Source of the DNA: Trueperaceae bacterium
Lineage (GTDB): Bacteria > Deinococcota > Deinococci > Deinococcales > Trueperaceae
Reading direction: 5' to 3'
NCBI GenBank assembly: GCA_965213705.1
Contig: OZ243913.1
Span: 2,304,001-2,368,000, forward strand
Length of the DNA stretch: 64,000 nt
Part shown: positions 31,473-42,326 of the stretch, one piece after another
Layout: each line of letters starts with the position of its first letter
Numbering within the stretch: position 1 is the first letter of the stretch
Notes under the pieces: generated by a model
Seen by the model: the letters and a program-made list of their open reading frames with translations, nothing else
Told to the model about the DNA's origin: nothing
The model's database searches: none
Made by a program: the position numbers and the translations under genes

Positions 31473-31738
31473 TGCCCCGCAGCACCAAAAAGGGTCCGTT
31501 TATCGACGAGCACCTGCTCGACAAAATCGACGCGGCCAACGAGTCGGGCGCTAGAAAAGTGATTCGCACCTGGAGCCGCCGCTCGACGGTCGTGCCCGAA
31601 ATGGTCGGCCACACCTTCGGCGTGTACAACGGCAAACAGCACGTGCCGGTGTTCGTCCAAGAAAACATGGTCGGCCACAAGCTGGGTGAGTTCGCGCCGA
31701 CGCGGATTTTCCGCAGCCACGGCGGGGGCCGGGGCTAA
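31472..31738 (+). CDS. rpsS: 30S ribosomal protein S19
   Basis: [19 protein letters not shown]. Confidence 0.99.
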   Translation: MPRSTKKGPFIDEHLLDKIDAANESGARKVIRTWSRRSTVVPEMVGHTFGVYNGKQHVPVFVQENMVGHKLGEFAPTRIFRSHGGGRG

Positions 31739-32070
31739 TGGAAGCCAAAGCCAGACTGAACACGTTGCGCTCGACGCCGCAAAAAACGCGGCTCGTCGCC
31801 GACCTCATCCGCGGCAAAGAAGTCGTCGAGGCCGAGAACATCTTGCGCTTCACGCCGCGCCGGGCGGCGAAACCGATTTTGAAACTGTTGCAGAGCGCCA
31901 AGGCCAACGCGGTCAACAACCACGACATGTTTGAAGACACTTTATACGTGTCGAAAATTATGGTCGACGAGGGCCCGGTTTTGAAGCGGTTTTTACCCCG
32001 TGCTCGTGGCCGCGCCGACCTGCTGCGCAAGCGCACCAGTCACGTCACCATCGTTTTGGAGGAAAAGTAA
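31738..32070 (+). CDS. rplV: 50S ribosomal protein L22
   Basis: LKRFLPRARGRA, KRTSHVTI. Confidence 0.99.
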   Translation: MEAKARLNTLRSTPQKTRLVADLIRGKEVVEAENILRFTPRRAAKPILKLLQSAKANAVNNHDMFEDTLYVSKIMVDEGPVLKRFLPRARGRADLLRKRTSHVTIVLEEK

Positions 32071-32895
32071 GTGGGAAACAAAATCAACCCGCTCGGCTTC
32101 CGCCTGGGGGTGAACAAGGAGTCGTCGGCCAAGTGGTACGCGAGTCCCGACGCCTATCCCCAGCTGCTCGCCGACGACCGGCTCATCCGCGAAACCATCC
32201 AAAAAGAGGTGGGCCGCGCCGGTATTTCGCGCATCGAAATCGAGCGTGCGGCGCACAACATCAACATCACCATCCACACCGCCAAACCGGGTGTCGTTAT
32301 CGGCCGGGGCGGCGAGTCCATCAAAGAACTGCGCACCAAACTCGACGGCAAGCTGAGCGGCACCATCGCCGTGAACGTGCAAGAAGTTCAGAACGCCAAT
32401 ACCAACGCGGCCCTGATTGCGCAGCGCATCGCCGAGCAGCTCGAGCGCCGTTTCGCGTTTCGCCGCGCCATGAAGCAAGCCGTGCAGCGCACGATGGAGT
32501 CGGGCGCTCAAGGCGTCAAGATTCGCTGTTCGGGTCGTTTGGGCGGCACCGAGCAAGCCCGCCCCGAGTGGTACTCGGACGGCCGCGTGCCGCTGCAAAC
32601 TTTGCGCGCCGACATCGAGTACGGCACGGCTCGGGCGCAGACCACCTACGGCATCATCGGCGTCAAGGCGTGGGTGTTCAACGGCGAAATCGTCGGCGAC
32701 AAACAGCGCCGCGCCGCCCTGTTGCCCAGGACGAGGCGTGATGAGGACAAACAGCGTCGCCGCCGCCGCCCAGCCGCCAAACGCGGCAACAGCCGGGGCG
32801 GTAGTGACCGTCCCGGCAGCGACCGTCCCGGCAGTGACCGTGGGGGTAGCGACCGGCCCAGCGGTGCTCGCCCCCCGCGCAAGGACCGTAGCTGA
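32071..32895 (+). CDS. rpsC: 30S ribosomal protein S3
   Basis: [25 protein letters not shown]. Confidence 0.99.
   Translation: MGNKINPLGFRLGVNKESSAKWYASPDAYPQLLADDRLIRETIQKEVGRAGISRIEIERAAHNINITIHTAKPGVVIGRGGESIKELRTKLDGKLSGTIAVNVQEVQNANTNAALIAQRIAEQLERRFAFRRAMKQAVQRTMESGAQGVKIRCSGRLGGTEQARPEWYSDGRVPLQTLRADIEYGTARAQTTYGIIGVKAWVFNGEIVGDKQRRAALLPRTRRDEDKQRRRRRPAAKRGNSRGGSDRPGSDRPGSDRGGSDRPSGARPPRKDRS
32800..32859 (+). repeat. 4 x 15-bp coding tandem repeat ([10 protein letters not shown]) in the S3 tail
   Basis: GGTAGTGACCGTCCC GGCAGCGACCGTCCC GGCAGTGACCGTGGG GGTAGCGACCGGCCC. Confidence 0.9.
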
Positions 32896-33320
32896 TGCTG
32901 TTACCCAAACGCGTCAAGTACCGTAAGCAGATGCGCGGCCGCATGACCGGCGACACCAAGGGCGGTGACTACCTCGCCTTTGGCGACTACGGACTCGTCG
33001 CGATGGAACCGGCCTGGATAAAGTCCAACCAAATCGAGGCTTGCCGCATCGCCATGAGCCGTTACTTCCGGCGGGGCGGTAAGATTTACATTCGTATTTT
33101 TCCCGACAAGCCCGTGACCAAAAAGCCCCAAGAGGTGCGCATGGGTAAGGGCAAGGGTGCCGTCGAATACTGGGTCGCGGTCGTCAAGCCGGGTCGGGTC
33201 GTGTTCGAGGTCGCCAACGTGACCGAGGAGCAAGCCAAAGAGGCGTTCCGTTTGGCCGGCCACAAACTCCCCATCAAGACCAAGATGGTCAAGCGTGAGG
33301 TGTACGATGAAGCCCAGTGA
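32895..33320 (+). CDS. rplP: 50S ribosomal protein L16
   Basis: RMGKGKG, IFPDKP. Confidence 0.99.
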   Translation: MLLPKRVKYRKQMRGRMTGDTKGGDYLAFGDYGLVAMEPAWIKSNQIEACRIAMSRYFRRGGKIYIRIFPDKPVTKKPQEVRMGKGKGAVEYWVAVVKPGRVVFEVANVTEEQAKEAFRLAGHKLPIKTKMVKREVYDEAQ

Positions 33321-33498
33321 GGTGCGCGAGCTGACCGTGGACGAAATCCACGACCGGGTTGCCAAACACCGCGAAGACTTGCTCGACCTGCGGGTGCAGT
33401 CGACCGTCGGTCAGGTGCCGAACACCAAAATCATCCGCACCAAAAAACGTGACATCGCGCGGCTGCTCACCATCGCCAACGAAAAGGACAAGGCATGA
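33307..33498 (+). CDS. rpmC: 50S ribosomal protein L29
   Basis: [10 protein letters not shown]...KRDIARLLT. Confidence 0.97.
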   Translation: MKPSEVRELTVDEIHDRVAKHREDLLDLRVQSTVGQVPNTKIIRTKKRDIARLLTIANEKDKA

Positions 33499-33740
33499 AA
33501 AAGACACTGCAGGGCCGCGTGGTCAGTGACAAAGCCGACAAGACAGTGACCGTCCTGGTCGAGCGGCGCTTTAAGCACCCGCTTTACGGCAAGGTCGTCA
33601 CCACGACGAAAAAGTACCTGGCCCATGACGAAACCAACGAGTTCGGCGAGGGCGACGTGGTGGAAATCGTCTCGAGCCGCCCCATCAGCAAGCGCAAGAG
33701 CTTTACCGTCGACAAACTTATCGAGAAAGCGAGGGGGTGA
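33495..33740 (+). CDS. rpsQ: 30S ribosomal protein S17
   Basis: [24 protein letters not shown]. Confidence 0.99.
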   Translation: MKKTLQGRVVSDKADKTVTVLVERRFKHPLYGKVVTTTKKYLAHDETNEFGEGDVVEIVSSRPISKRKSFTVDKLIEKARG

Positions 33741-33745
33741 GGGGT

Positions 33746-33798
33746 TTTTTAGTCTTTGGTTTTTAGTTTTTAGTTTCACTAATAACTAACCGCTAAAC
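33746..33798. repeat. degenerate 7-bp tandem repeats in inverted arrangement
   Basis: TTTTTAG TCTTTGG TTTTTAG TTTTTAG ... ACTAATA ACTAACC GCTAAAC. Confidence 0.7.
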
Positions 33799-33814
33799 GC
33801 TTTTACCTTCTATC

Positions 33815-34183
33815 ATGATTCAACAAGAGACTTTTTTAGACGTAGCCGACAATTCGGGTGCACGCCGCATTCAGTGCATACGCGTGCTCGGCACCGGCCA
33901 ACAGTTCGTGGGCGGCGTCGGTGATATCATCGTGGCCGCGGTCAAGGACGCCATCCCCAACGCGGGCGTTAAAAAAGGTGACGTCGTCAAGGCCGTCATC
34001 GTCCGCACGCGCAAAGAAATCAACCGCCGCGACGGTTCGTCGATTCGCTTTGACAGCAACGCCGCCGTCCTAATCAACAACCAAAACGAGCCGCGCGGCA
34101 CACGCGTGTTCGGACCCGTGGCGAGGGAGCTGCGCGACAAACGCTTTATGCGCATCGTGTCCTTGGCACCGGAGGTTCTGTAA
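33815..34183 (+). CDS. rplN: 50S ribosomal protein L14
   Basis: [22 protein letters not shown]. Confidence 0.99.
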   Translation: MIQQETFLDVADNSGARRIQCIRVLGTGQQFVGGVGDIIVAAVKDAIPNAGVKKGDVVKAVIVRTRKEINRRDGSSIRFDSNAAVLINNQNEPRGTRVFGPVARELRDKRFMRIVSLAPEVL

Positions 34184-34503
34184 TGGCTAAAATTCATCTC
34201 AGGCGAGGCGACACGGTTCGCGTCATCGCCGGCAAGTTCAAGGGTTCCGAAGGCAAAATTATGGCGGTGTTGCCCGAGAAAAGCCGGGTCGTCGTGGACA
34301 ACGTCAACGTCATCAAAAAAGCGCAGCGGCCCACTCAGGACAACCCGCGGGGCGGATTCGTAGAGCGTGAAGCGCCGATTCACATCAGCAACGTGCAGTT
34401 GCTCGACCCCCGCTCGGGTGAGCTGACCCGGGTGCGTTACCGCGTCGAAAACGGTCACAAGTCACGCGTGAGCGTCAAAAGCGGCGCGGCGCTGGACGAG
34501 TAA
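34183..34503 (+). CDS. rplX: 50S ribosomal protein L24
   Basis: [19 protein letters not shown]. Confidence 0.99.
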   Translation: MAKIHLRRGDTVRVIAGKFKGSEGKIMAVLPEKSRVVVDNVNVIKKAQRPTQDNPRGGFVEREAPIHISNVQLLDPRSGELTRVRYRVENGHKSRVSVKSGAALDE

Positions 34504-34510
34504 GGGAGAC

Positions 34511-35089
34511 ATGGACTCAACAGACACGCCTACTACAGGAACGGACCTGTCCGTTTCGCTCAAACAGCGCTTTAAGGACACGGTCGTCGCCGAGTTGCAA
34601 AAGCGCCACGACTACGCAAACGTCATGGCGGTGCCGAAACTGGAAAAAATCGTCATCAACATGGGTCTGGGCGCGGCGCGTGAAGACAGCAAGGTGCTGG
34701 ACAAAGCCGGTCGCGAACTCGCTCAAATCGCCCTGCAACGCCCGGTCGTCACCAAGGCTAAGAAGTCGGTGTCGAACTTCAAACTGCGGGCCGGTATGCC
34801 CATCGGCGTGATGGTCACGTTGCGCGGCGAGCACATGTGGGTCTTTTTGGAAAAACTCGTCAACATCGCCCTGCCGAGGGTTCGCGACTTTCGCGGCATC
34901 AACCCCAACAGCTTTGACGGCCGCGGCAACTACTCGATGGGCGTGCGCGAACAGCTCGTCTTCCCAGAAATCAGCTACGACCAAATCGACGCGGTGCGCG
35001 GGATGGACATTTCCATCGTCACCACCGCCGAGACCGATGAAGAGGCGCGCGACCTGCTCGAGCTGCTCGGGATGCCCTTCAGAAAGTAA
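34511..35089 (+). CDS. rplE: 50S ribosomal protein L5
   Basis: [23 protein letters not shown]. Confidence 0.99.
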   Translation: MDSTDTPTTGTDLSVSLKQRFKDTVVAELQKRHDYANVMAVPKLEKIVINMGLGAAREDSKVLDKAGRELAQIALQRPVVTKAKKSVSNFKLRAGMPIGVMVTLRGEHMWVFLEKLVNIALPRVRDFRGINPNSFDGRGNYSMGVREQLVFPEISYDQIDAVRGMDISIVTTAETDEEARDLLELLGMPFRK

Positions 35090-35098
35090 AGGAGTTTT

Positions 35099-35284
35099 AT
35101 GGCTACCAAAGCCCACATTGCCAAGTCCAAACGTGAAGCCAAGTTTTCAACCCGTCAGGTCAACCGCTGTATGCGCTGCGGCCGCTCGCGCGGTTACCTG
35201 CGTGACTTCGGCCTGTGCCGAATTTGCATGCGCGAAGAAGCGCACAAAGGCTACTTACCCGGCGTCACCAAGGCGAGCTGGTAA
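35099..35284 (+). CDS. rpsN: 30S ribosomal protein S14 (zinc type)
   Basis: CMRCGR...[13 protein letters not shown]; 61 aa. Confidence 0.98.
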   Translation: MATKAHIAKSKREAKFSTRQVNRCMRCGRSRGYLRDFGLCRICMREEAHKGYLPGVTKASW

Positions 35285-35368
35285 CAGCTCCAACTCGACA
35301 ACAAAGAAAGCATTATGTAGAGAGGACGGTCGCACCGCTTGGTTCGATACCGCTCTCGAGGAGGAAAC

Positions 35369-35767
35369 GTGAACACAGACCCCATCGCCGACATGCTGAC
35401 GCGCATTCGCAACGCCCAGGCGATTGCCGAAGCGAGCGTCGACGTACCGGCCAGCAAGTTCAAAAAAGCCGTCGCCGCGCTGCTCGTCAAAGAAGGTTAC
35501 TTGAAGTCCGTCGAAGACGCGACCAACAAGGCCGGTCACCCGGTAATTCGCATCGGGCTCAAGTACGGCCCACGCCGCAGCCCGCTTATCAACGCGCTGA
35601 CCCGCGTCTCCAAACCGGGCCGCCGCGCTTACGCCAAGGCGGGCGCCGTGCCGGTAGTGCGCGGCGGCTTGGGCATCGCCGTCGTCTCGACCTCGCAAGG
35701 CCTCATGGTCGACCGCGACGCGCGCCGTAAAAACGTCGGCGGCGAAGTCGTTTGCGAGGTTTGGTAA
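35369..35767 (+). CDS. rpsH: 30S ribosomal protein S8
   Basis: [26 protein letters not shown] after GAGGAGG. Confidence 0.99.
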   Translation: MNTDPIADMLTRIRNAQAIAEASVDVPASKFKKAVAALLVKEGYLKSVEDATNKAGHPVIRIGLKYGPRRSPLINALTRVSKPGRRAYAKAGAVPVVRGGLGIAVVSTSQGLMVDRDARRKNVGGEVVCEVW

Positions 35768-36306
35768 TGTCGCGCATCGGTAGACTGCCCGTGCCTGTGC
35801 CCAGCGGCGTCAACGTCAACGTCCAGGGCGACAGCGTCGTCGTCAAGGGTCCCAAAGGCCAACTGACCGTGCCGCTCAACAAACGCTTGAGCATCGACAT
35901 GGGCGACGGCGAACTCACCCTAAGCCGCCCCAGCGACGCTAGAGACGACCGCGCGCAGCACGGCCTGGCGCGCAGCCTTATCAACAACGCCGTCGTCGGC
36001 GTGACCGAAGGCTTTACCCGTAACTTAGAGATTCGCGGCGTCGGTTACCGCGCGCAGATGCGCGGGGGGGCGTTGGAACTGAGCCTCGGCTTTTCGCACC
36101 CGGTCGTGGTCGAGCCGCCCGAAGGCATTGCCATCGCTACGCCCGAACAAACCCGCATCACCGTCAGCGGCATCGACAAGCAACTCGTCGGCCAAACGGC
36201 CGCGAATATTCGCGCGCTCCGTCCGCCCGACTCGTACCACGGCAAGGGTGTCCGCTACGAGGGTGAGCAGGTCCGTCTCAAAGCCGGTAAGACAGCGGCC
36301 CGGTAA
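35767..36306 (+). CDS. rplF: 50S ribosomal protein L6
   Basis: [20 protein letters not shown]. Confidence 0.99.
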   Translation: MSRIGRLPVPVPSGVNVNVQGDSVVVKGPKGQLTVPLNKRLSIDMGDGELTLSRPSDARDDRAQHGLARSLINNAVVGVTEGFTRNLEIRGVGYRAQMRGGALELSLGFSHPVVVEPPEGIAIATPEQTRITVSGIDKQLVGQTAANIRALRPPDSYHGKGVRYEGEQVRLKAGKTAAR

Positions 36307-36320
36307 TTAGGAGTTAGACG

Positions 36321-36668
36321 ATGTCCAGACTAGAATCCGCCACGCGCCGCAAGCTGCGCACGCGCCGCCGCTTAAAACGGCCGGTCAAAACCGACCGCTT
36401 GCGCCTCAGCGTGTTTCGCAGCAGCAAACACATCTACGCGCAAATCATCGACGACGAACAGGGTATCACCGTGGCTGAAGCCAACTCGCGGAGCTTGGAC
36501 GCGTCCGGCGACAAGGTCGAGCAGGCCCAGGCGGTCGGCAAAGCGCTCGCCGAGCGGGCCAAAGAAGTGGGCGCCGTCCGCGTGGTTTTCGACCGGGGCA
36601 GCTACCGCTACCACGGCCGCGTCAAAGCGCTCGCCGAAGGTGCGCGCGAGGGAGGCTTGGAGTTTTAA
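36321..36668 (+). CDS. rplR: 50S ribosomal protein L18
   Basis: [19 protein letters not shown]. Confidence 0.99.
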   Translation: MSRLESATRRKLRTRRRLKRPVKTDRLRLSVFRSSKHIYAQIIDDEQGITVAEANSRSLDASGDKVEQAQAVGKALAERAKEVGAVRVVFDRGSYRYHGRVKALAEGAREGGLEF

Positions 36669-37144
36669 TGGCAAACAACAGCGACTTTGAAGACAAAGTG
36701 ATTTTTATCCGCCGCACCGCCAAAACCTACAAGGGCGGTCGCCGCTTCCGGTTCGGCGCGATGGTGGTCGTGGGTGACCGCAACGGCCGCGTGGGCGTCG
36801 GTTTGGGCAAAGCCAAAGAGGTGCCCGTCGCCGTACAAAAGGGTCAGTACGTCGCCATGCGCAACGTCATCGAGGTGCCCATCGCCGAGCCCGGTACGAT
36901 TCCCCACGAGGTCTTGGGCGAGCACGGCACCAGCCGCGTGATGCTCAAACCGGCCGGGGCCGGTACCGGCGTCATCGCGGGTGGTGTGCCCAGGGCGATT
37001 GCCGAACTGGCGGGTTTGCGCAACCTCCTGACCAAAGAACTCGGCTCGCGCAACCAAACAAACGTCGCTTACGCGGTCATCGAAGGCCTCAAGCAACTCA
37101 AAACTTATGAAGAGTCCAAGGCCGAACGGGAGGCAGCGCGGTGA
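36668..37144 (+). CDS. rpsE: 30S ribosomal protein S5
   Basis: [16 protein letters not shown]. Confidence 0.99.
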   Translation: MANNSDFEDKVIFIRRTAKTYKGGRRFRFGAMVVVGDRNGRVGVGLGKAKEVPVAVQKGQYVAMRNVIEVPIAEPGTIPHEVLGEHGTSRVMLKPAGAGTGVIAGGVPRAIAELAGLRNLLTKELGSRNQTNVAYAVIEGLKQLKTYEESKAEREAAR

Positions 37145-37314
37145 AAATCACGCTGAAGCGCAGCCTTATCGGCGTCAAGAAAGACCAGCGGGCGACCGTC
37201 AACGCGCTCGGCTTGCGTAAAACGGGCGACAGCCGCACCGTCGCCGACACGCAAGACGTGCGCGGTATGGTCGACAAAGTAGCGTACTTGCTAGAGGTAG
37301 AAGGGCAGGACTAA
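37141..37314 (+). CDS. rpmD: 50S ribosomal protein L30 (missing from ORF track)
   Basis: GTG 37141 reads [27 protein letters not shown]...[16 protein letters not shown] 37312-37314. Confidence 0.97.
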   Translation: MKITLKRSLIGVKKDQRATVNALGLRKTGDSRTVADTQDVRGMVDKVAYLLEVEGQD

Positions 37315-37779
37315 GTGAAACTGAACGACTTGAAACCCGCACCGGGCAGCAAAAAAACGCGCCGCCGTGTGGGCCGAGGTTTGGGCAGCGGCCGCGGAAA
37401 AACTGCGGGCCGCGGTCAAAAAGGCCAGAAGAGCCGCAGCGGTTTCAGCCAGGGTGCCGGCTGGGAAGGCGGGCGTTCGCGCCTCGTCATGCGTTTGCCG
37501 AAACGTGGGTTTACCCACCAGGGTGACGACTACCAAGTTGTCAACTTGGCCGACCTGAACGTGTTTGAAGACGGAACTGAGGTAACTGCCGAACTGTTGA
37601 AGACCCGCGGGTTGGTGCGCAGCCTGAAACGCCCGGTCAAACTGCTGGGCAACGGCGAACTGACCGCTAAAAACTTGCAGGTTCATGTAGACGCCTACAG
37701 CAAAAGTGCCGCTCGAGCCCTACAAGACTCGGGCGGAAGCGCCGTAGGTGCCGAAGCGCAGGCTGAAGGAGCCGAGTAA
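37315..37779 (+). CDS. rplO: 50S ribosomal protein L15
   Basis: GRGKTAGRGQKGQ, RLPKRGF. Confidence 0.99.
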   Translation: MKLNDLKPAPGSKKTRRRVGRGLGSGRGKTAGRGQKGQKSRSGFSQGAGWEGGRSRLVMRLPKRGFTHQGDDYQVVNLADLNVFEDGTEVTAELLKTRGLVRSLKRPVKLLGNGELTAKNLQVHVDAYSKSAARALQDSGGSAVGAEAQAEGAE

Positions 37780-39098
37780 TGTTAGCGGCGTTTCGCAACG
37801 CACTCATCATTCCTGACCTGCGAGCGAAGCTGCTGGTGACGATAGGTTTGTTGGCCGTTTACAGGCTGATGGTGTTTATTCCCACGCCGGGCGTCGACAT
37901 CGAGGTCCTGCAAGCCGGGAACTTCGGGCAGGGCGACATTTTCACCCTACTGAACTTTATCTCGGGCGGCAACTTCGAGGTTTTCTCGATTGCCGCTCTC
38001 GGCGTGATTCCTTACATCACGGCCAGCATCATCATTCAGCTGCTCACCTCGGTTTATCCACCTTTGGAAAAACTACAAAAAGAAGGTGAAGAGGGCCGCC
38101 GCAAGATTACCCAGTACACCCGCTACGGGGCAACCGCGCTGGGCGCTATCCAGGCGGTGTTTTTGGCTATCGCCCTGATAGGCCCGAGTGGTGCACTGAG
38201 ACTAGGCTGGTCGAACGGACCCTTTTTCTGGTTTATCGTTCTCATCACGCAGGTGGCGGGTATCACGGTGGTGATGTGGCTCGGCGAAAAAATCACCGAG
38301 TACGGTATCGGCAACGGCATCTCGCTCATCATCTACGCGGGCATCGTCGCCCTTTTTCCGGGCGCTCTGAGCCAGCAGTTCGCGCTCATCAGCAGTGGTG
38401 AGGCGAACATCTTCGGCCTCATCATCTTCTTGGCGCTGTTGATTCTGGCAATTACGGGCATGGTCCTCATTCAGCAGGCCGAGCGGCGCATCCCCGTTCA
38501 GTACGCCCGCAAGGTCGTCGGCCGGCGCGTGATGGGCGGCCAGAGCACCTACATTCCCTTACGCGTCAACGCCGCCGGGGTTATCCCTATCATCTTCGCG
38601 GTGTCCATCATCATCTTGCCGACGGTCATCATCGGGGCGTTTCCCACCGTCGGTTGGTTGCAGGCGGCGGGCGTGTGGTTCAACACCGCGCAGTGGCAAG
38701 GACTTATCACCAGCACGCTGCTGATTATGGCGTTTACCTACTTCTACACGCAAATCACCTTCGACCCGCGGCGCATTGCCGAAAACCTGCGCGAGTACGG
38801 CGGTTTTGTGCCGGGCGTGCGGCCGGGCTTGCCAACCCAAGAGCACTTGGCGCGCATCACCAACCGCATTACCCTGTGGGGCGCGCTCTTTTTGGGCGCG
38901 GTCAACGCCACGCCGCAAGTGCTGGCCTGGATTACGGGCACAGGCTCGCTGCCCTTCGCCTTTTCCGGAACGGGCCTCCTGATTATCGTCGGGGTCGCGC
39001 TCGACACCTTGCGCCAGCTGGAAACCCAGCTCACCATGCGTCACTACGAGGGGTTTGTCTCCAAAGGGCGTATCCGGGGCCGCGGGAGGCGATTTTAG
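37779..39098 (+). CDS. secY: preprotein translocase SecY
   Basis: LGVIPYITASI, GIGNGISL, PGVRPG. Confidence 0.99.
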   Translation: MLAAFRNALIIPDLRAKLLVTIGLLAVYRLMVFIPTPGVDIEVLQAGNFGQGDIFTLLNFISGGNFEVFSIAALGVIPYITASIIIQLLTSVYPPLEKLQKEGEEGRRKITQYTRYGATALGAIQAVFLAIALIGPSGALRLGWSNGPFFWFIVLITQVAGITVVMWLGEKITEYGIGNGISLIIYAGIVALFPGALSQQFALISSGEANIFGLIIFLALLILAITGMVLIQQAERRIPVQYARKVVGRRVMGGQSTYIPLRVNAAGVIPIIFAVSIIILPTVIIGAFPTVGWLQAAGVWFNTAQWQGLITSTLLIMAFTYFYTQITFDPRRIAENLREYGGFVPGVRPGLPTQEHLARITNRITLWGALFLGAVNATPQVLAWITGTGSLPFAFSGTGLLIIVGVALDTLRQLETQLTMRHYEGFVSKGRIRGRGRRF

Positions 39099-39673
39099 TG
39101 CCGCCGTCCGAGGTGCTGTTGCTGATGGGGCCGCCCGGCGCGGGCAAGGGTACGCAGGCGGTCAAGCTGGCGCGGGCTAGAAAACTGCACAAGATTTCTA
39201 CAGGCGACATGCTCCGCAGCCACGTAGACAAAGGCACAGCCCTCGGACTCGAGGCCAAGAACATTATGGCGGCGGGCGACCTCGTGCCCGACGACCTCAT
39301 CATCGACATGGTGCGGGCGGAGCTGGAAGCGCACAAAGAAAACGGCGTGCGCGCCCTTCTCGACGGTTTTCCGCGCACGCCCGGCCAAGCCGCGGCGCTC
39401 GACACGCTGTTGCAGGACTACGACGCGCCGCTCACCGCCGCCGTCCTTTTGGAAGTCGAAGAAGACGAACTGGTCAACCGCTTGCGGGGGCGCGCCCTGG
39501 AAGAGAATCGCAGCGACGACGACGCCGCCACAGTGCGTGAGCGTATGCGCGTCTACCGCGAGAAAACGCAGCCTCTCCTCGACTACTACGACGAGCGCAC
39601 AAAACTGCGCCGCGTCAACGGCATAGGCACGGTCGAAGAGGTCTTCGCGCGCGTCACCGAGGTACTGCCGTGA
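39098..39673 (+). CDS. adk: adenylate kinase (short LID)
   Basis: GPPGAGKGTQA, ISTGDMLR, LDGFPR; GTG at 39098. Confidence 0.97.
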   Translation: MPPSEVLLLMGPPGAGKGTQAVKLARARKLHKISTGDMLRSHVDKGTALGLEAKNIMAAGDLVPDDLIIDMVRAELEAHKENGVRALLDGFPRTPGQAAALDTLLQDYDAPLTAAVLLEVEEDELVNRLRGRALEENRSDDDAATVRERMRVYREKTQPLLDYYDERTKLRRVNGIGTVEEVFARVTEVLP

Positions 39674-40455
39674 TTTTAAAGCGCGCTCGAGAACTCGACC
39701 TTATGGCCGAGGCGGCCGTCATCAACCGTGAGGCTTTGGAGTCTATAGAACCTTTCATCAAGCCGGGTGTGTCGACCAGGGTACTCAACGACATGGCCGA
39801 AGATGCTATCCTCACGCGGGGTGGGCGACCGGCCTTTAAGGGCTACCGCGGTTTCCCCGCGGCGCTGTGCTGTTCGGTCAACGAGGTGGTCGTCCACGGT
39901 TTCCCGAGTGACAAGCCTCTGCTCGAGGGCGACATTTTGTCGATAGACGTGGGCACCTTTTACCGAGGTTACGCCGCCGACATGGCAAAAACGTATCCTA
40001 TCGGCAACGTTTCGGCCGAGACGCAGCGTTTGCTCACCGTCACGGAAAACTCGCTCTACGCGGGCATCGAGCAGGCGTATCCCGGCAACCGCCTGGGAGA
40101 CGTCTCCGCGGCGATTCAGCGCGTCATAGAAGCGGCGGGTTACTGGGCTATTCGGGAGTTCGTGGGTCACGGCATCGGTGCCGAGTTTCACGAAGCGCCC
40201 GAGGTACCCAATTACGGCAAACGGGGTACGGGTCCGGTTCTGCGCCCTGGTCTCGTGCTGGCTATCGAGCCGATGGTCGCCGAACGGCGTACCAAAGTAA
40301 AGATTTTGGCTGACCAATGGACGGCGCCGACCGCCAACGGCAGCTTGGCCGCTCATTTCGAGCACACCGTCGCGATAACGACCGACGGTCCGCAGGTTTT
40401 AACGTCGAAAGACCAAGCCAAGGTGCTGGTCGCAGGAGGTGCACGTGGCGCGTAG
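39670..40455 (+). CDS. map: methionine aminopeptidase type I
   Basis: [27 protein letters not shown]. Confidence 0.98.
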   Translation: MILKRARELDLMAEAAVINREALESIEPFIKPGVSTRVLNDMAEDAILTRGGRPAFKGYRGFPAALCCSVNEVVVHGFPSDKPLLEGDILSIDVGTFYRGYAADMAKTYPIGNVSAETQRLLTVTENSLYAGIEQAYPGNRLGDVSAAIQRVIEAAGYWAIREFVGHGIGAEFHEAPEVPNYGKRGTGPVLRPGLVLAIEPMVAERRTKVKILADQWTAPTANGSLAAHFEHTVAITTDGPQVLTSKDQAKVLVAGGARGA

Positions 40456-40720
40456 ACGCTCAAGGCGGTCAGGCCCACCCAAGGAACGCAAAGAACGCCC
40501 CGAGGAAACGACCCAGGACACCATCCGGGCTGAGGGGGCCGTGCTCGAGGCGCGCCCCAACACCACCTTTTTGGTCCAGCTCGACGCCGGTCCCGAAATT
40601 CTCGCCCACGTCGGCGGCAAAATGCGCCGCAACTACATCCGAATTTTACCGGGCGACCGGGTTATTCTGGAAATAAGTACTTACGACCCTGAAAAGGGCC
40701 GGATTGTTTACAGGAAGTAG
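40445..40720 (+). CDS. infA: translation initiation factor IF-1 with basic N-terminal extension
   Basis: [27 protein letters not shown]. Confidence 0.97.
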   Translation: MARRRSRRSGPPKERKERPEETTQDTIRAEGAVLEARPNTTFLVQLDAGPEILAHVGGKMRRNYIRILPGDRVILEISTYDPEKGRIVYRK

Positions 40721-40768
40721 CTTATAGGTATCATCTATAAATTGGTTTATAGATGATACCTATAAGCT
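40719..40768. repeat. perfect 23-bp AT-rich inverted repeat between infA and rpmJ
   Basis: AGCTTATAGGTATCATCTATAAA-TTGG-TTTATAGATGATACCTATAAGCT. Confidence 0.95.
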
Positions 40769-40781
40769 CCAAGGAGGAACA

Positions 40782-40898
40782 ATGAAAGTCCGTGCGTCCG
40801 TCAAGCCCATGTGCGACAAGTGTAAAGTCATTCGTCGCCACGGCAAAGTGTACGTCATCTGCTCGGCGAACCCGAAGCACAAGCAAAGGCAGGGCTGA
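40782..40898 (+). CDS. rpmJ: 50S ribosomal protein L36 (missing from ORF track)
   Basis: [47 protein letters not shown]. Confidence 0.98.
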   Translation: MKVRASVKPMCDKCKVIRRHGKVYVICSANPKHKQRQG

Positions 40899-40901
40899 AT
40901 T

Positions 40902-41282
40902 ATGGCGAGAATTTCAGGCGTCGACTTGCCGCGCGACAAGCGCGTCGAGTACGCCCTACCCTACATCTACGGCATCGGCTTGAGCCGCGCCCAGGAAATC
41001 TTGGCGGCGGTCGACATCGACCCGGACATCCGCGTCAAGGACTTAGCCGAGTCCGACGCTCAAAAAATTCGTGAGTACGTCGACCGCAACTTCAAGGTCG
41101 AAGGCGACTTGCGCCGCGAAATCCAACTCAACATCAAACGGCTCATGGACATCGGGTCGTACCGCGGCTTGCGGCACCGCCGCGGTTTGCCGGTAAGAGG
41201 CCAGTCGACCAAAACCAACGCTAGGACGCGCAAGGGTCCTCGCCGCACCGTCGCCGGCAAGAAAAAAGCGACCAAGAAGTAA
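40902..41282 (+). CDS. rpsM: 30S ribosomal protein S13
   Basis: [15 protein letters not shown]. Confidence 0.99.
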   Translation: MARISGVDLPRDKRVEYALPYIYGIGLSRAQEILAAVDIDPDIRVKDLAESDAQKIREYVDRNFKVEGDLRREIQLNIKRLMDIGSYRGLRHRRGLPVRGQSTKTNARTRKGPRRTVAGKKKATKK

Positions 41283-41294
41283 AAGGAGTAGTTT

Positions 41295-41696
41295 ATGGCA
41301 AAAGCACCTGCTAAAACCGCCAAGCCGAAAAAACGTGCCCGGCGCAACCTCGTTGAGGGTCGGGCTTTTATCCACGCGTCGTACAACAACACCATCATCA
41401 CCATCACCGACGTCGACGGCAACACGGTCGCCTGGTCGAGTGCGGGCTCCATCGGCTACAAGGGCTCCAAAAAGGGTACGCCCTACGCCGCCCAGCTCGC
41501 CGCCGCCGACGCGACCCGCAAGGCGCAAAACATGGGTCTGTCGCAACTTGACATCGTCATCCGGGGTACGGGCTCGGGCCGCGAACAAGCGATTCGTTCC
41601 ATCCAGGCGACCGGCGTCAATGTCCGCACCATCATCGACGACACGCCGGTGCCGCACAACGGTTGCCGTCTGCGCAAGCGCAAGCGGAACGCTTAA
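41295..41696 (+). CDS. rpsK: 30S ribosomal protein S11
   Basis: NNTIITITD, TPVPHNGCR. Confidence 0.99.
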   Translation: MAKAPAKTAKPKKRARRNLVEGRAFIHASYNNTIITITDVDGNTVAWSSAGSIGYKGSKKGTPYAAQLAAADATRKAQNMGLSQLDIVIRGTGSGREQAIRSIQATGVNVRTIIDDTPVPHNGCRLRKRKRNA

Positions 41697-41705
41697 GGGG
41701 AGTTT

Positions 41706-42323
41706 ATGAGTCGTTACCGAGGTCCAGCCGTCAAAATCAGCCGCCGCGAAGGGGTCAACCTCACCGAAACCCCTAAAGTCCAGCGCTACATGGAGCACCA
41801 CCCGTACCCGCCGGGCCAGCACGGCCAGGCGCGCCGTCGCAAGCCGAGCGACTACGGCGTTCGCTTGCGCGAAAAGCAAAAACTGCGCCTCTACTACAAC
41901 CTGGGCGAAAAGCAATTCCGTAACTTGTTCGACGAAGCCTCACGCCGCGAAGGTGCGACGGGCGCGGTGTTTTTGCAGCTCTTAGAGTCCCGACTCGACA
42001 ACGTCGTGTACCGGCTGGGTATCGCTTACACACGCCGTCAAGCCAGACAGTTCGTCTCGCACGGGCACGTCTTGGTCAACGGTCAAAAAATTGATGTGCC
42101 GTCCTACCGGGTCGACCCCGGCGACGAAATCGCGGTGGCGCCCGGCAGCCGCGACAACGCGCACATCAAAAGCAACATCGAAGCGCGCCGCCGCGGCAAG
42201 ATGCACCCTTGGCTCCAGTTCGACGCCGACGCCATGACCGGCAAGTTTATGAACCGTCCGGCCAGGGAAGACTTGGTCGTGCCGGTCAACGAACTTCAAG
42301 TCATCGAGTACTACTCGAGGTAA
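41706..42323 (+). CDS. rpsD: 30S ribosomal protein S4
   Basis: [23 protein letters not shown]. Confidence 0.99.
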   Translation: MSRYRGPAVKISRREGVNLTETPKVQRYMEHHPYPPGQHGQARRRKPSDYGVRLREKQKLRLYYNLGEKQFRNLFDEASRREGATGAVFLQLLESRLDNVVYRLGIAYTRRQARQFVSHGHVLVNGQKIDVPSYRVDPGDEIAVAPGSRDNAHIKSNIEARRRGKMHPWLQFDADAMTGKFMNRPAREDLVVPVNELQVIEYYSR

Positions 42324-42326
42324 CCC

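Noticed and set aside
40445..40520. Basic N-terminal extension of IF-1 as a novelty
   Set aside because: As far as I recall, similar extensions are usual in Deinococcales IF-1; treated as a lineage trait.
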